Assembly (NCBI RefSeq): GCF_018350175.1
Contig: NC_058382.1
Coordinates: 53,012,001-53,076,000, forward strand
Direction of reading: 5' to 3'
Length of the DNA: 64,000 bases
Source: Felis catus
Lineage: Eukaryota
Part shown: one piece after another, positions 24,755-37,397 of the stretch
Numbering within the stretch: position 1 is the first letter of the stretch
How the letters are laid out: each line of letters starts with the position of its first letter
Translations under genes and position numbers: made by a program
The notes under the pieces: generated by a model
The model's input: the letters and a program-made list of their open reading frames with translations, nothing else
What the model was told of the DNA's origin: nothing
The model's database searches: none

Positions 24755-25660
24755 GTGTGGTGTTGGGAGTCGTAATAAAAAATAAATATTTGGTCTCCGG
24801 GCCCTCTTCTGGCACCGGGCTCCTAAAACCTTAGGAATTTCCGGGGAGGAAGGTGATAGAGGTGTCATTTGTTACGTTAACGAGGTGACCTTTGGAACCA
24901 CCTAAGGACGGGGCTGGTTGCCAGGAGAACTAACCACGCGATGGGAAGGTCAAGGTCGGAGTTTTCAGTCCCTCCCTCAACTGCCTGTGAGAGGAGGAGG
25001 CTGGAGGTCGAATCAATGGCCAATGGCCAATGCTTTAATCCATTGTGACCATAGTGAAGCCTCGGTGAAAATCCCAAAGGACCAGGTGTGGAGTGCTTCC
25101 TGATTGGTGGACAGCTTTCAGAGAGCTTCCTGATTGGTGGAGACAATATTCACAGTGCTTCCCGATTGGTAGACAGGGTTCGAGCGCTTCCTGATTGGCT
25201 GACAGGCGGAGATTCGGGAAGAGTGGGCTCTCAGAGACCGTGGAAGCTCCACCCCATGTCCCCACACCCGGCCCTATGCATCTCTTCCACTGGCTGTTCC
25301 TGAATTATATCCTTTTATAACAAACTTGCAATCTGGTAGGTAGAATGTTTCTCAGAATTTTGTGATCCCTTCTAGCAAACTCATGGAACCCGGAAAGGGA
25401 GTCGTGGGAACCTCTGACCTCTAGCTACTTAGTCAAAAGCCTGGGTGGCCCCTGGATTTGAGACTGGCATCTGAAGTTGAGGTGGGGGGGGACAGCCTTG
25501 CAGGACTGAGCCCTCAACCTGTGGAACCTGAAGCCGTCTCTGGGTAGATCGCGTCCTGAGTCGAATTGTAGAACACCCGGCTGGTGTCAGAGAACTGCTC
25601 GGTGGTGTGGGAAAACCCACACACACACACACACACACTGGAATTGGGTACAGAAATAGA
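24755..25660 (+). mobile_element. MER21-like ERV solo LTR
   Basis: Blocks ggccaatgctttaatc, gccctatgcatctcttcca, ggagtcgtgggaacc, gactggcatctgaagt, ggactgagccctcaacctgtgg and gtgtgggaaaacccacac match remembered MER21B. Confidence 0.85.
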
Positions 25661-26140
25661 GACGTGACTGGTATTTTCTGTTCTAACACAGCGTGGCCAA
25701 ATGTCAGTGCCAAGTCATTCAACGCGCATTACCAACTTCTTCCTGTGTGCCAGGAACTGGCCCTGCCCCGGAGGACAAGCAATGAACCCTGTAGACACAG
25801 CCTGTCACTGAGCTTGTAAGTTAGGTGTTAAGCAATCACACTCGAGCTCCTTGGCCAAGGCATTGCTACTTTTCCACCTGAGTCCTTTCGCCCGCAAAAT
25901 GGGGGTTATTTTGTGAGTGAAGTCAAGAGATGGCTGGGGACTAGTTATATAGGGTTAGAAAGACTAAAACGGTTCATGGAGCCGTATCATTTGACTTCCG
26001 CCTCTGGCTACTCTTAAGGCATTATCTCTTTTCACATTCTCCCTAAGAAATCCAAGAATATTTAGAGTTGAGGGCAGAGTCTTCCACCCTGAAGCAGCCC
26101 AGGCAGGACCATTCTGAAATTTAACTTTGTTTCCTCATGC

Positions 26141-26182
26141 CTCTCTCTCTATGTATCTCTCTCTCCCCCTCTCTCTCTCTCT

Positions 26183-26215
<33 letters not shown>

Positions 26216-26251
26216 CAGATAGATGGATAGATTTTTTTTTTTTTTTTTTTT
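26141..26251. repeat. Compound (CT)n-(TAGA)n-poly(T) microsatellite
   Basis: Directly visible. Confidence 0.95.
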
Positions 26252-26879
26252 GCAGGATACAGAGACTGCTTTCTTTTATTTTATTTTGTTTTCTCTCTTC
26301 CTCCTGCCACTATGGGTCAAAGTGTCTATGCTACTTTCTGAACTACAGGTTTTTCAACATGTTCTCTCAGGGATATACGGGAGGGAGGGAGGGTGTCTCT
26401 TCAGCTCTAAGATTCCATGATGAGGAGCCTGGAGATTCTTGGGGGTTGGCTGCTTGTCCGATGCTACTCTCGCGACTGTCTTCTCTCCGGCAACTCACAC
26501 TTCGCAAGAGCCCCGCTCCTAGGCTACACAGCAGGTTTCAAGGTATTTCGTGTTGGTTTCCGACCACCGTTTCTAGGTGGTCCCAGGCCTCTTAATTCCT
26601 CTGGTCTCCTGAAAGGCTGGTTCTGGCACCTGGATGTTTGTTTCCTCCTGGAGGGCCCCAGGCCCACCAGCAGGCACACCAGACACGTGCTTCACGTCTG
26701 TGGATGGACGAGATCGGGGGGAAACACATCTGGTCTGTGTCGTGACAGACAGATGGCGAGAGGCTCGGGAGCGGACGCGGGATGGAGAGGTGGGGAGACG
26801 GGGCTGGGAGGTGAGAACGTTTGAAGTCATTCCCCATCAGCAGGACTCTGAACGGAAAACCCTTTGTAGAGGAAGAGAT

Positions 26880-27205
26880 CTCAGCAAGCCTGTAATCCCT
26901 CAGGCCCATTTGACAGAAAGGAAGGGGAAGCTTGAGACGCGAGACTACAGTGTCATAAATGCCAGAGCTGGGACTTGAACCGAGGTCTTCTGCCTCCCAG
27001 TCCAAAGAGAGAAGAGACCAGAGGAAACCCCCAGGGGATGGGGCCAGTGGTAAGGGAACAAGAAGAGCTGCTGGCCCTTGAAAATCACCATTGCCTGGGC
27101 CACTCAGCCTTTTCAGCTGCATCCATTTTACGGGTGAGGTTAAATAACTTGCTCGAAGCTTCCCACTGAGAACGCGGCAGAGCCGTGATTGGAACCCCAA
27201 AGCCA
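26880..27205 (-). mobile_element. Two MIR fragments
   Basis: ggcccatttgacagaaaggaa...gccagagctgggacttgaacc, and ccattttacgggtgagg...ggcagagccgtgattggaaccc. Confidence 0.55.
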
Positions 27206-28098
27206 TGGGGCGCCCGATGGCAAATGTTGCCCCCAGGGGATCAGACAACATGAGCGTTGTTTTGCTCTTAAGACACAGTCATCCTCTCAGAGGAAACCAA
27301 ACCTTCCTCCAAGAAGACTTCCCTGAACGCGCCAAGCCACAAAAGCATCTTCCTGATGCAGATGTCTGAACTCCTAGGCAATGTGCTTTCTCCCACCTTG
27401 TTTCCCACGGATCTGAACGTCCACATCTTAAAGTTGACCACTGCCTGCTTCAGACTTCCTGGTCCCGGTTCCCCGCACCCCGCACTTCCCACATTTTAAT
27501 TCAGTACCAAACTCTTAGGAGATGCTCAAAGAAGATGTGCTGAGTCACGGGGGAAACTCAGAGGAAGAGAAACCATGGGAATAAGGACTTGCCTGTTACT
27601 GATCCTTGACCTTCCATTGAGAAGCTCTCAGAAAAAAAAATACCAGCCGATTTTAAAATCAAGATGACTTTTGTCATCTGCCATTGGGGAGAATACAAGT
27701 CAAAGCCCGTAGGCCCACGTGGATATCCCAGAAATGGACTGTTACCTCCATTGGTTGATTAAATTAGGATGTGTTCCCTCTGCGTCACCTAAACTCGTTA
27801 CGTGTAAGATAGTGGGCAAAATGTCATGGTATAAAGATAGTCATTTAATCCTGACTGTAAGCCTCAGGCACGTGTCCCCTGGCCTTTCTCAGTCCTAAGT
27901 CCCTTAATGTTTTCACCTGGTGCTCACTTGCCAACACTGGGTCACGGCAATGACTGACACCTGCCCCCCCCCCCCCCCAATCACCTCTCTCTTTCCTTGG
28001 GGGCTCTAAACTTGACCTGTCAGCCCTTTGACTCTGAGGGAGAAGTGAGCTGGATACAGAGACTACAGCGTGGGGTGGCTTAAAAATTCAGGATTCAA

Positions 28099-28330
28099 GG
28101 GGCGCCTGGGTGGCGCAGTCGGTTAAGCGTCCGACTTCAGCTCAGGTCACGATCTCGCGATCTCGCGGTCTGTGAGTTCGAGCCCCGCGTGGGGGCTCTG
28201 GGCTGATGGCTCAGAGCCTGGAGCCTGCTTCCGATTCTGTGTCTCCCTCTCTCTCTGCTCCTCCCCCGTTCATGCTCTGTCTCTCTCTCTGTCTCAAAAA
28301 TAAATAAACATTAAAAAAAATTTAAAAAAA
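28099..28330 (+). mobile_element. Can-SINE with an internal 8-bp duplication
   Basis: Head at 28099; gatctcgc twice at 28151-28166; TSD aaattc(a/gg)ggattcaa. Confidence 0.97.
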
Positions 28331-29151
28331 GAAATTCGGGATTCAAGATGAGCACGGCTGGTCTAACTGAAAATAACCTGGAGAAACGATCAGCCCAAAC
28401 TCTCAGCTGAAAGAAACCCAGCTACAGAAGCGCCATCACAGCAGGGAGCCCCCACGTCACCCTCAAACCAGGATGGAAGGCCGGGAGAACTAAGTCCCCA
28501 GTACCCTGCCGGTCACAGAACAAACTCACTCACAAGCTGGATGGCCCCATTCCTCTGCATCGGGGCTCTTCCTCTGTCACTTCCTAGCAGCATAACCATG
28601 GACACGTCACTTCCCCCTCTCGAGCCTCCATTTCTCTCCCTGAGAAATGGGCATACTGCTCAGGACCTCTTTAGAGGGTAGCGGTTGAGACAAAAACCCT
28701 GCGATGGGGCCTGTTCCAGGCAGGCGTTTGATTTTAGCTAGTTTCCATTCTTTCAGCCTTCGTTTGCCCAAGGGCCTGGGGAGAGCCACTTTAATTTCTT
28801 TGTACCCCAGGCTCTGTCCCCGGTGTAGGGCTTGTGGAGGTTTGCTGATCACCCCAAGGTGTCTTGTGGGAACTGAAAACAGAGCCCGACTCACGGAACG
28901 GAAAATGGGTCAGGCCCAGGGCCTGTTTAGCCAAAGAGTGGCTGCTAACCGCACCTTACGCTTCTGCCTTAGGATCCGGAGGGAGTCTACCCTCCCCCTC
29001 TCGCCAGCTGCCCCCAGGGCTGAGCCTCCAGTGTCCAGGTTTGAAGGTGGGTCACCTTGGCCACAGATTTTACACGTTTCTCTCTCCCTGGCAAATGGGG
29101 GTGTCGGGGGGGGTGTGGCAGGGACCTGAATCACAGCTCCCACACCAAGAG

Positions 29152-29153
<2 letters not shown>

Positions 29154-29196
<43 letters not shown>
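29154..29196. repeat. (TTA)n microsatellite
   Basis: Directly visible. Confidence 0.98.
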
Positions 29197-30645
29197 CTAA
29201 GAACTAGTTGTGATTAATAGCAGCCTGAGGTTCTGAGGTTCCTGGTGCAGAAATAAGGTCACGGTGAAGATATGGCCGTTTTGAAACCCTGGTGAACTTC
29301 AAGGACCAGCGCAGAGTGGTAATCACTCCGGTTTTGGCTCATCTTCCTTCCCTGTGGCCTGTGACTTCAAGGCCCGGGGCTGTCCCTACCTTTCAGACTT
29401 CCTCTCATGCAAATTGCCCCAGGCAGGGGTGTGTGGGGTTGGTGGTGGGGGGGGGGGGTGCTGGCAAAAGAGAGGAGAGAGCAGAGGGAAGTAATCAACT
29501 CCAGCCTCCCCAGACCTACTTTCTGTCTCATAGGCAGACCTCTCAGGGGTCCACCGGAGCCCCAACACGGCCTCAGTAAGGTCCTGCTTGCTTCCACTAA
29601 AGTCCCAAACCTGGAAGCCTGGGCCTGGAGGTACACCCCATCCAACCATCCATCTCTCAAGAAATAAATGCATCCATCCCATCCAGAGAAAGATCACAGC
29701 TCTGAGGGGCTTATGGGTTTTCCTGCAATCCGGTCCTCTTGTCATCCCACATCTGTAGAGTCTCGAAACTGCCTCTTCCTGACGAGTGGGGCTGCGAGAG
29801 TGAGGGCCTAACTGAGCTAACAGGCACAGAGACCGGCGATCATGGAGCCTTTGGGAGAGGGGGCTCGAGGGAGCCCTCCCAAAACAGGTCCCCTTCCCCG
29901 CCAGCCCCCACCGAGGACATCGCAGCAAGAATCATCCCGACGGAGGAGTTTGCGTGCTGACCCAAAGGGTGCAGGGGCTTTTCCCTTTGCTGGCTTCAGT
30001 TTAGTGGGACACATTTCTCGAGAGCCCAAGGCACCACGGTTGCCCTTGTAGGAAGGAGAAGTGGACAAGGTCACAGAGGAGAGCAGGCCAAGAGCCGGCA
30101 GTCCTGCCTCTGTGCTGGGTCTGTGAGACCTTGAGGCCTTCAACCTCTGGGCTTGGGGCCTCAGTTTCCCCATCTGCAAGCAAGGGTGCTGGACTACAGC
30201 AACTCTCCAGTCCTCTATCTCATCGGCACGCCAGTAAGGAGAGATCTGGTCCTGGCCCCATCCTTGCCTTAGGCAGGACTGACTTGTTCCCAATAAAAAA
30301 AATCTCAAATCCAGATTCAGTGGCTTTGTGGCTCAACCATTTCTCAAGAAATAAACGCGCTGGTGACTACGGGGAGGAGAACGTCCAAACTGGCCCTGAT
30401 TTGTGTGGACTGATGCACGGGCCCCTTTCCTGCCGAGCTTTCCAACTGGCTGAGCGACTCCCGTGTGGCTGGGGAGGCCTCTGCCCACTGGGATTTGGAA
30501 GTTCATGGTGAAGTCTTGTGAGTACGACTCACCGCAGGGTCCCTGCCACTCCATTTACAAAAGGGACACAGGGGCCTCAAAAAGCCCACAACCTCCACAG
30601 GTTTCTGTGAAAATTTCCAACCCTCCTAATGTATGCGAATACCTT

Positions 30646-30690
30646 AAAAATATTTTTTTTTAACATTTATTCATTTTTGAGCCAGGAAGG

Positions 30691-30750
<60 letters not shown>

Positions 30751-30884
30751 CCCAGAACCCGAAGCAGGCGCCAGGCTCGGAGCTGTCCGCACAGAGCCCG
30801 ACGCGGGGCTCGAAACCACAGACCGCGAAATCGTGACCCGAGCCGAAGTCGGAGGCTTAACCGACTGAACCACCCAGGCGCCCC
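30646..30884 (-). mobile_element. Can-SINE with long (GA)n
   Basis: Can-SINE body; degenerate TSD at 30630-30645 and 30885-30900. Confidence 0.96.
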
Positions 30885-32751
30885 TGTAGGCAAATATCTT
30901 GAAATCTCAGAATACGCATAAAACCCTTCAGTGCAGCAGAGCGAGTGCCCGGTGACCTTGGCCAGGTCACGTAAAGCTTTTGGGATGGCATTCCTTTGGC
31001 TGCAGAATAAAGAGGTTGAGCTGAATCACTCAATCTCCAACATCCCCCCCCACACACACCCTGCCTCTATAATGATGTACATATAAGTAGACGGCCACAG
31101 GCTCTGGGTAATGAAAAAAATAATACGCACGAGCTCTCAGTCGCTTCCTGCCCTCTCATACCCAGGTCTGTGGCTACGGACTGACAGTTGGTATGGAGAG
31201 AGGGCCATCAATATACATCTCTATCAGTAGACGTCTCCGTGGCTAAAACTGTCCTCAAATGTGACACGGGGCAAGCTGTGATGTCACTGTGGGTTATGAC
31301 TTGCGGTCTCTCTCCAGCTTTCTTGCTTCTGTTAGCCCGTGGGACTAATTCTTTTCTTTCAAACGTGTCCTCAGTGGGGAAGGAGGGAGCCTGGCGGGAG
31401 ACCCAGAAAACTCAAGGGCGTCTCGCAGCACACGTGGGACGGGGCAGCGACGGGGAAAGAGCTGCGATCTCCAAGCCGTAGAATAAAGGGTGGGGGTCTA
31501 CCACGTTCCCTGCGGACTCAAGAAGAGCAAGCCGGGGGGCCACACAGGATGGGGGGCCCCTCAGTGGCCTCCAAACCCTCCAAATAAGTCTGCTCCGAGA
31601 AACAAAGGTGCCTTGTTCTCCCAGAGAACAAGCCTGTGAGCCGAGGCTGGAGGGGAGAGGGCGGGCGGGTGGGGGAGAGAAAACCTTGGCCCAGGGAGCA
31701 GCAGCAGGGCGGGGGGGGGGGGGGGGGGGGGCCCAGCCGGGGCGTCTCTGATGAAAACGTTCAGCTTGATGTGGCCTCTCTGGGTTCCTCTGAACACGCT
31801 CAGCGACAGGCACCGAGCAGCGCCGTCTGTGTTTGAAGGTATTTCTCTACAGCAAACACCAGGCGGGGAAGAGAAAAACCCAAACCACTTCAAGTGGATT
31901 TCAATTCTGAAAGACGCCACATGAAAAGTGCAGAAACCTAAGCCCCCTGTAGTCCGGGCCCAAGAGGAACAGAGCCAAGAAGGGGGTGCCGCCTGGCTTC
32001 CCAGCTGCCCTCTCCCCGGAGGCCCCAAGCGTGCCTGAGGGGCTCTCACCTCTGCACCCAGATTCGGATGCGCTAAGAACCGGACCACGGCGTCGCCCCG
32101 TGCGGAGGCCCCAAGTGGGACAGCTTTCATTTGTCACTGGGCCGTCCCACCCTGCCCCGAAGGCCCCGGGACTTGGGGTAGACCTGGGAAGGGTTATGGC
32201 CTCCAGCGAAGACCCCAAAGCAGGCCAAGAGTCAAGAGTCTTTGTCACCTGTAACTAACGGAGCTGCTCCGGACCCCCGCTGTCCCCTGGAGAGGGGTCC
32301 CCGGCTATTTTCTCCTATTGCCTCGTGTCTTTGCCTGCTGCCCTCTGCTCTGACCTGGTTCCCTTGTCTATGTTCAGGATTCTCGGGCGCGTCCTGGTCC
32401 CTTGGACTTGGTGCTCCCTCACTAGCTCCCCACAACTGATGTTAGTCGACTCGCCCTCTACCAAAAGCTGACCAGAGGCCCTAAAACTTCGGGTGCAATT
32501 ATTTTGTCCCTCTCCCTTCACCTGCATTTCACACAACCCAAAATGTTTCAAAATACGGCACCATAATGCAAAAGGAAGAACTATGTTGAAATCAAAACAG
32601 GGTCCCTCTGGACGTATTGATCGTAAAGGCTGCAAAAATTCACCCACGTTGAAATTCCTTTTGTTGTTTTGTTTTGTAGGGTCATTGTTTTGGCCGAGGC
32701 CCTAAGTTCGATTCTCAGGTTATCCAGGGCCACTCTCCACTCACTATTCCT

Positions 32752-33002
32752 TTAAAAAAAAAATTTTTTTTTAATGTTTATTTATTTTGAGAGAGACAGA
32801 GAGAAAGGGAGGGAGAAAGGGAGGGAAGGAGAGAGAGCATGAGCGGGGAGGGACAGAGAGAGAGGAAGGCACAGATCCGAAGCAGGCTCCAGGCTGGGAG
32901 CTGTCAGCACAGAGCCTGACGCAGGGCTCGAACTCTTGGGCTGTGAGATCATGACTTGAACCGAAGTTGGACGCTTAACCGACTGAGCCCCCCAGGCGCC
33001 CC
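32752..33002 (-). mobile_element. Can-SINE
   Basis: Can-SINE body and tail. Confidence 0.96.
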
Positions 33003-33204
33003 TCCATCGCCTGTTTCTAACCACATGGGAACTTCCTGAGGCCCTGAGCCCTGCTGGGCACCGAACAATCCACTGGCTTCTGCGAAGGTCCGAGCATGGA
33101 TCCAAGCTCAGACGGTGCAGAGAAAAAGCAACCTATTACTCAGAAATGGACTGGACTTTACCCTTTGTGCTGTAGCCACACAAACCCACTCTCCACGTCT
33201 CTCG

Positions 33205-33666
33205 TGTATTAGATTCCTACGGCTGCTGTAACAAATCCCCACAGATCTGATGCCTTTAAGTAACACAGATTTATTATCTTACAGTTCTGGAAGTCAGAAT
33301 TCCAAAACTGGTCTCACTGGACTGAGATCACGGTGTCAGCAGGGCTGTGCTCCTCCTTGAGGCTCTTGGAGAGAATCTCTCTCGTCACCTCTTCCAGCCT
33401 CTGAGGCCACCTGCATTCCTTAGCTTGTGTCCCCTTCCTCCATCTTTAAAGCCACCAACATCCCCACTCTGACCTCCTCTTCCTCCCCCTTCCACTATAA
33501 ACCACCCCTGCGATTACATTGTTCCCACCCAAATAGTCCAGGATCGTCCCTCTATTTTAAAATCCCTAATGAGCTACCTTAATCCCCCTTTGCTGTATAA
33601 CACAGCATATTCACAGGTTCTGGGGATTAGGACACAGATATCTTTGGGGTGTCATTATCCATACAC
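33205..33666 (-). mobile_element. MLT1 (MLT1C-like) solo LTR
   Basis: tgtattag...ggctgctgtaacaaat...cttacagttctggaagtcag...atattcacaggttctggggattaggac. Confidence 0.88.
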
Positions 33667-33707
33667 AGGTGTCTGTAGGATCCAGCTGGGTTCCAGCTAC
33701 TTCATCT

Positions 33708-34068
33708 GCTGTGCCCTGAATGTTGCGGCCCCCCTCCATTTAGTTGAAATTCTAATCCCCAATGTGATGGCATTTCAAGGCGGAGCCTTTGGAGAGGGAT
33801 TAGTTCACGAGAGTGGAGCCTTCATAAATGGGATTAGTGTCCTTAAAAAAGGGACCCTCCAGATTGCTCTCTTGCCCCTTCTACCATGCAAGGACACGGT
33901 GACAAGAGGGCCATCTATGAACCAGGAAGCACGCTCTGACCAGACTCTACTTCTATTGGCCCTTTGATCTTGGACTCTCCAGCCTCCAGAACTGTGAGAA
34001 ACCAGTTTCTTGCTTAAGCTCCCCTAGTCCAGGGCATTTTTGTCATAGCAGCCTGAATGGACTAAGAC
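33708..34068 (+). mobile_element. MLT1A-like solo LTR
   Basis: gttgaaattctaatccccaatgtgatgg...atgggattagtg...ttgatcttggact...cagcctccagaactgtgagaaa...atagcagcctgaatggactaagac. Confidence 0.9.
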
Positions 34069-34909
34069 CTATCTTTTTCATTTTCACGTAGATCCCCCCC
34101 CCCCCCCCCCGCTCACACCCCCCCCACCTTTGGCTCTCTGTCTTGGCAGAGAAACAGTGAACATCTACAGTTCACAAAGATTCAGGAGAACCCGGTCTCT
34201 GGGCCACTGGCTAATAATGCGGACACCTAGTTTACCAACGGAGATTGAGAGTTAGCATGTCTAAAAGAGGCCCAGGAATCTGCATTTTAACCAGCCTCCT
34301 AGAGGATTCGAATGCAAATGGTCTAAGAGCCACACCCTGGGAGACCATGGTGTCTGGGGAGCCACGGACCGCACATGGATTTGGGGATCATCAGTCCAGT
34401 TCCACAAAAGAAGCCTGCTTGTCCAGGGCAGGACAGTGGCCCCACCACAGGCTGGCAGTCACTGCAATCTATAGTCCAGCCTCACACGGGTCGCCTCTGG
34501 AGCCCAGAGAGAACTCAGGACTTTGAGCCTGAGAGGCAAAGAATTATTTATGTGCCGTGTGCACCCCCAATGCTGCCAGATGAGGGTGATCAGAAGGCTA
34601 GAGCCTTCTAAGGCTCACTATAAAGGGTCAAGACCATGGGTTATCTTCATACGGAGGAAATGTGTTCTGAGTAAAAATATTCTGAACAGTCCAACATGGT
34701 ATACAGGAAAGGATAAAGACTTTGGGCTCCAGCCAGGCTTCAATTCACGAGTAGCCGTGTGACTTTGGGCACACTGCTTAAACCCTGTTCATTGGGAAAT
34801 AATGCCTACTATTACAGGTAGTAATTCTAACTGAGATGTATGTTATTCTGACATATGGAATGGGCAAAGTAAAGGCCTTATCTCTCTGCAGAGGAAAAAA
34901 GAAATAGTA

Positions 34910-35105
34910 GGGATGTCTGGGTGGCTCAGTCGGTTGAACAGCGTCTGGGTCTTGATTTTGGCCCCGGTCACCATCCCAGGGTCACAGAATCAAGCCCCAT
35001 GTTGGGCTCTGTATTAAGCATGGAGCCTGCCTGAGATTCTTTCTCTCTCTCCCTCTGTCCCTCTCCCACTAGCACACTCTCCCTCTCTCTCTCTCAAATA
35101 AAAAA
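34910..35105 (+). mobile_element. Can-SINE, older copy, flanked by MIR fragments
   Basis: Diverged head; TSD aaatagtag. Confidence 0.92.
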
Positions 35106-36094
35106 AAAATAGTAGTAATTAATATTTATTGAGAGCTGACATGACTGTCACTCTGTCACTTTATCAAAGTCTTTTTTGTTCATTATATATTAGCTACTCA
35201 TAACTCTAAAATGGAAGTGATATAATAGTGCCAACTTCATAAAGAGGAGGCAGCAGAGACATGGGCAGGTGAAGGGACTGGCCAAGACTCACGGGCCTAA
35301 GATGGGACCCCAATTCAGGGACTGAGTCTAGAAGATGCTTTCGTAAGCAGGTTGTCGCGAATAATTCACACTTTAAATTTCCTGTCCCGCTGTCAATCAC
35401 GGCTTCTTTTTCTGTTTTATTTGGAAAATATGGTCATTGAACCGATAGAACCTACGGCATCACGATTTTCTATTTCCATTTTCGGTGAGAGGGGACAATG
35501 AGGGGGAAACCATGGTGAGATGTCTCTTCTGGCCAAAAATTGAAACAAAGGTCACTGGCTACCTTACGTTGATTGAAAATAATAGCATATGAAATGGGCC
35601 ACAGAGCCCATTTTGGAATTTATGTGCAAGCAGATTTTATCCAAACAGCGTATGTTAAGGGACTTTTTATATAGCAGGTCCTCGACCCTTTAGACTGATC
35701 CAAATAAATGTTTGAAGTGGGCCTCCTTGGGATTTGGGGGCCCCACCACAGATTTGTCATCCAAGAAAGGAAGGTTATGAAAGGAGCTAATGTTTACCCA
35801 GTGTTCTGCGGCTACCATTTTTCCGTCTTTCTGTCTCTTGAACATTTCCCTGGGGAGAAGTCTACATTACACAAGTCAGAAGGAGCTTGGGAAAGCATCA
35901 AAAAGCACAAATGTGTGTGTATCATTAAAAAAAAAAATCTTTTTAAACTTTGGATAGAAACCAAACCAGTCTGCATCGGGTGAGTCCAAGTGGAGGATAT
36001 GACTGAGACTGGGCAGCCCCATCACCACCCCTTAGCACCAGTTTGAGGTCACTGTTCTCTGATCTGAGTCTGATGCCCTGCCTCGCACTCTACA

Positions 36095-36902
36095 AGATGA
36101 TGGTGATGGTGGTGATGACGATGGTGGCGGTGGTGGTGGTGATGGATGGTGATGGTGGTCTTGGGTATTGGTGGTGGTGGTGGTGGTGATGATGATGGTG
36201 ATGATGATGGTGACGGTGGTGGTGGTGATGGATGGTGATGGTGGTCTTGGGTATTGATGGTGGTATTCGTGATGATGGTGGTGATGATGATGGTGGTGAT
36301 GATGATGGTGATGGTGATGGATGGTGATGGTGGTCTTGGGTATTGGTGGTGGTGGTGATGATGGTGGAGATGATGATGGTGATGGTGGTGGTGGTGGTGG
36401 TGGTGATGGTGGTCTTGGGTATTGATGGTGGTGTTGGTGATGATGGTGATGATGGTGATGGTGATGGTGGTGGTGGTGGTGAGGGATGATGATGGTGGTC
36501 TTGGGTATTGGTGGTGGTGGTGATGATGGTGGTGGTGGTGATGATGATGATGGTGATGGTGGTGGTGATGGTGGTGATAATGGTGATGATGGTGATGGTG
36601 GTGATGATGGTGATGACGATGGTGATGGTAGCGGTGGTGATGGATGGTGATGGTGGTCTTGGGTATTGGTGGTGGTGGTGATGATGGTGGTGGTGGTGAT
36701 GGTGGTGACGGTGATGATGGTGGTGACGATGATGATGGTGGTGATGGTGGTGATGGTGGTGATGGTGGTGATGGTGGTGATAATGGTGATGATGGTGGTG
36801 ATGGTGGTGATGACAATGGTGGCGGTGGTGGATGGTGATGGTGGTCTTGGGTATTGATGGAGGTGTTGGTGATGATGATGGTGGTGGTGGTCTTGGGTAT
36901 TG
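36095..36902. repeat. Compound (GGT/GAT)n VNTR with 8 invariant GGTCTTGGGTATTG anchors
   Basis: Anchors start at 36157, 36243, 36332, 36411, 36497, 36655, 36843 and 36889. Confidence 0.97.
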
Positions 36903-36934
36903 ACAAAGATAGGAAGAGGGATAAAGCTTCCATA

Positions 36935-37397
36935 TGTGTTTCTTAGGGCCACACTAACAAATTAGCACAGACTTAGTGGCCTAAAGCAGTAAGAATTTAT
37001 CTTTTTCACAGTTCTGGATGTCCAGAGTCCAAAATCAAGGTGTTGGTAGCACCACATTCCCTCTATAGATTCTGGGGGGAATCCTTCACTGTCTCTTCCA
37101 GCTTTTGGTGGTTACTGGAAATCGTTGGCTTTCCCTGGCTTGTAGCTACATCACTCCAATTTCTGCCTCTGTCCACAGGGCCTTATCCCCTCTGTGTGTC
37201 TGCGCATCTAAATATCTCCCCATACAAGGACACCAGCCATTGGATATAGGGCCCTCCATGATCTAGTATGACCTCATTTTAACTTAATTACATCTGCAAA
37301 GACCTTATTTCCAAAAAGGTCATATTTACAATACCAGGGACTATGTTGTCAGCGTATCTTTTTTTTTTGGGGGGGGGGATACAATTCTACCTACAAT
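36935..37397 (-). mobile_element. MLT1B-like solo LTR
   Basis: cacagttctgg...tccaaaatcaaggtgttgg...aaggacaccagccattggat...aattacatctgcaaagaccttatttccaaa. Confidence 0.9.

Noticed and set aside
26592..27251. 219-aa minus-strand ORF
   Set aside because: Largely spans MIR fragments and has no recognisable domain.
36157..36902. CRISPR-like repeat/spacer appearance
   Set aside because: Mammalian DNA, 14-bp repeats, low-complexity spacers of very uneven length and no cas genes: this is a VNTR.
36032..36952. 306-aa and 294-aa His/Pro/Thr-rich ORFs
   Set aside because: They are stop-free only because CAC/CAT/ACC/ATC repeats cannot encode stops. Two frames are open at once and there is no domain or splice context.
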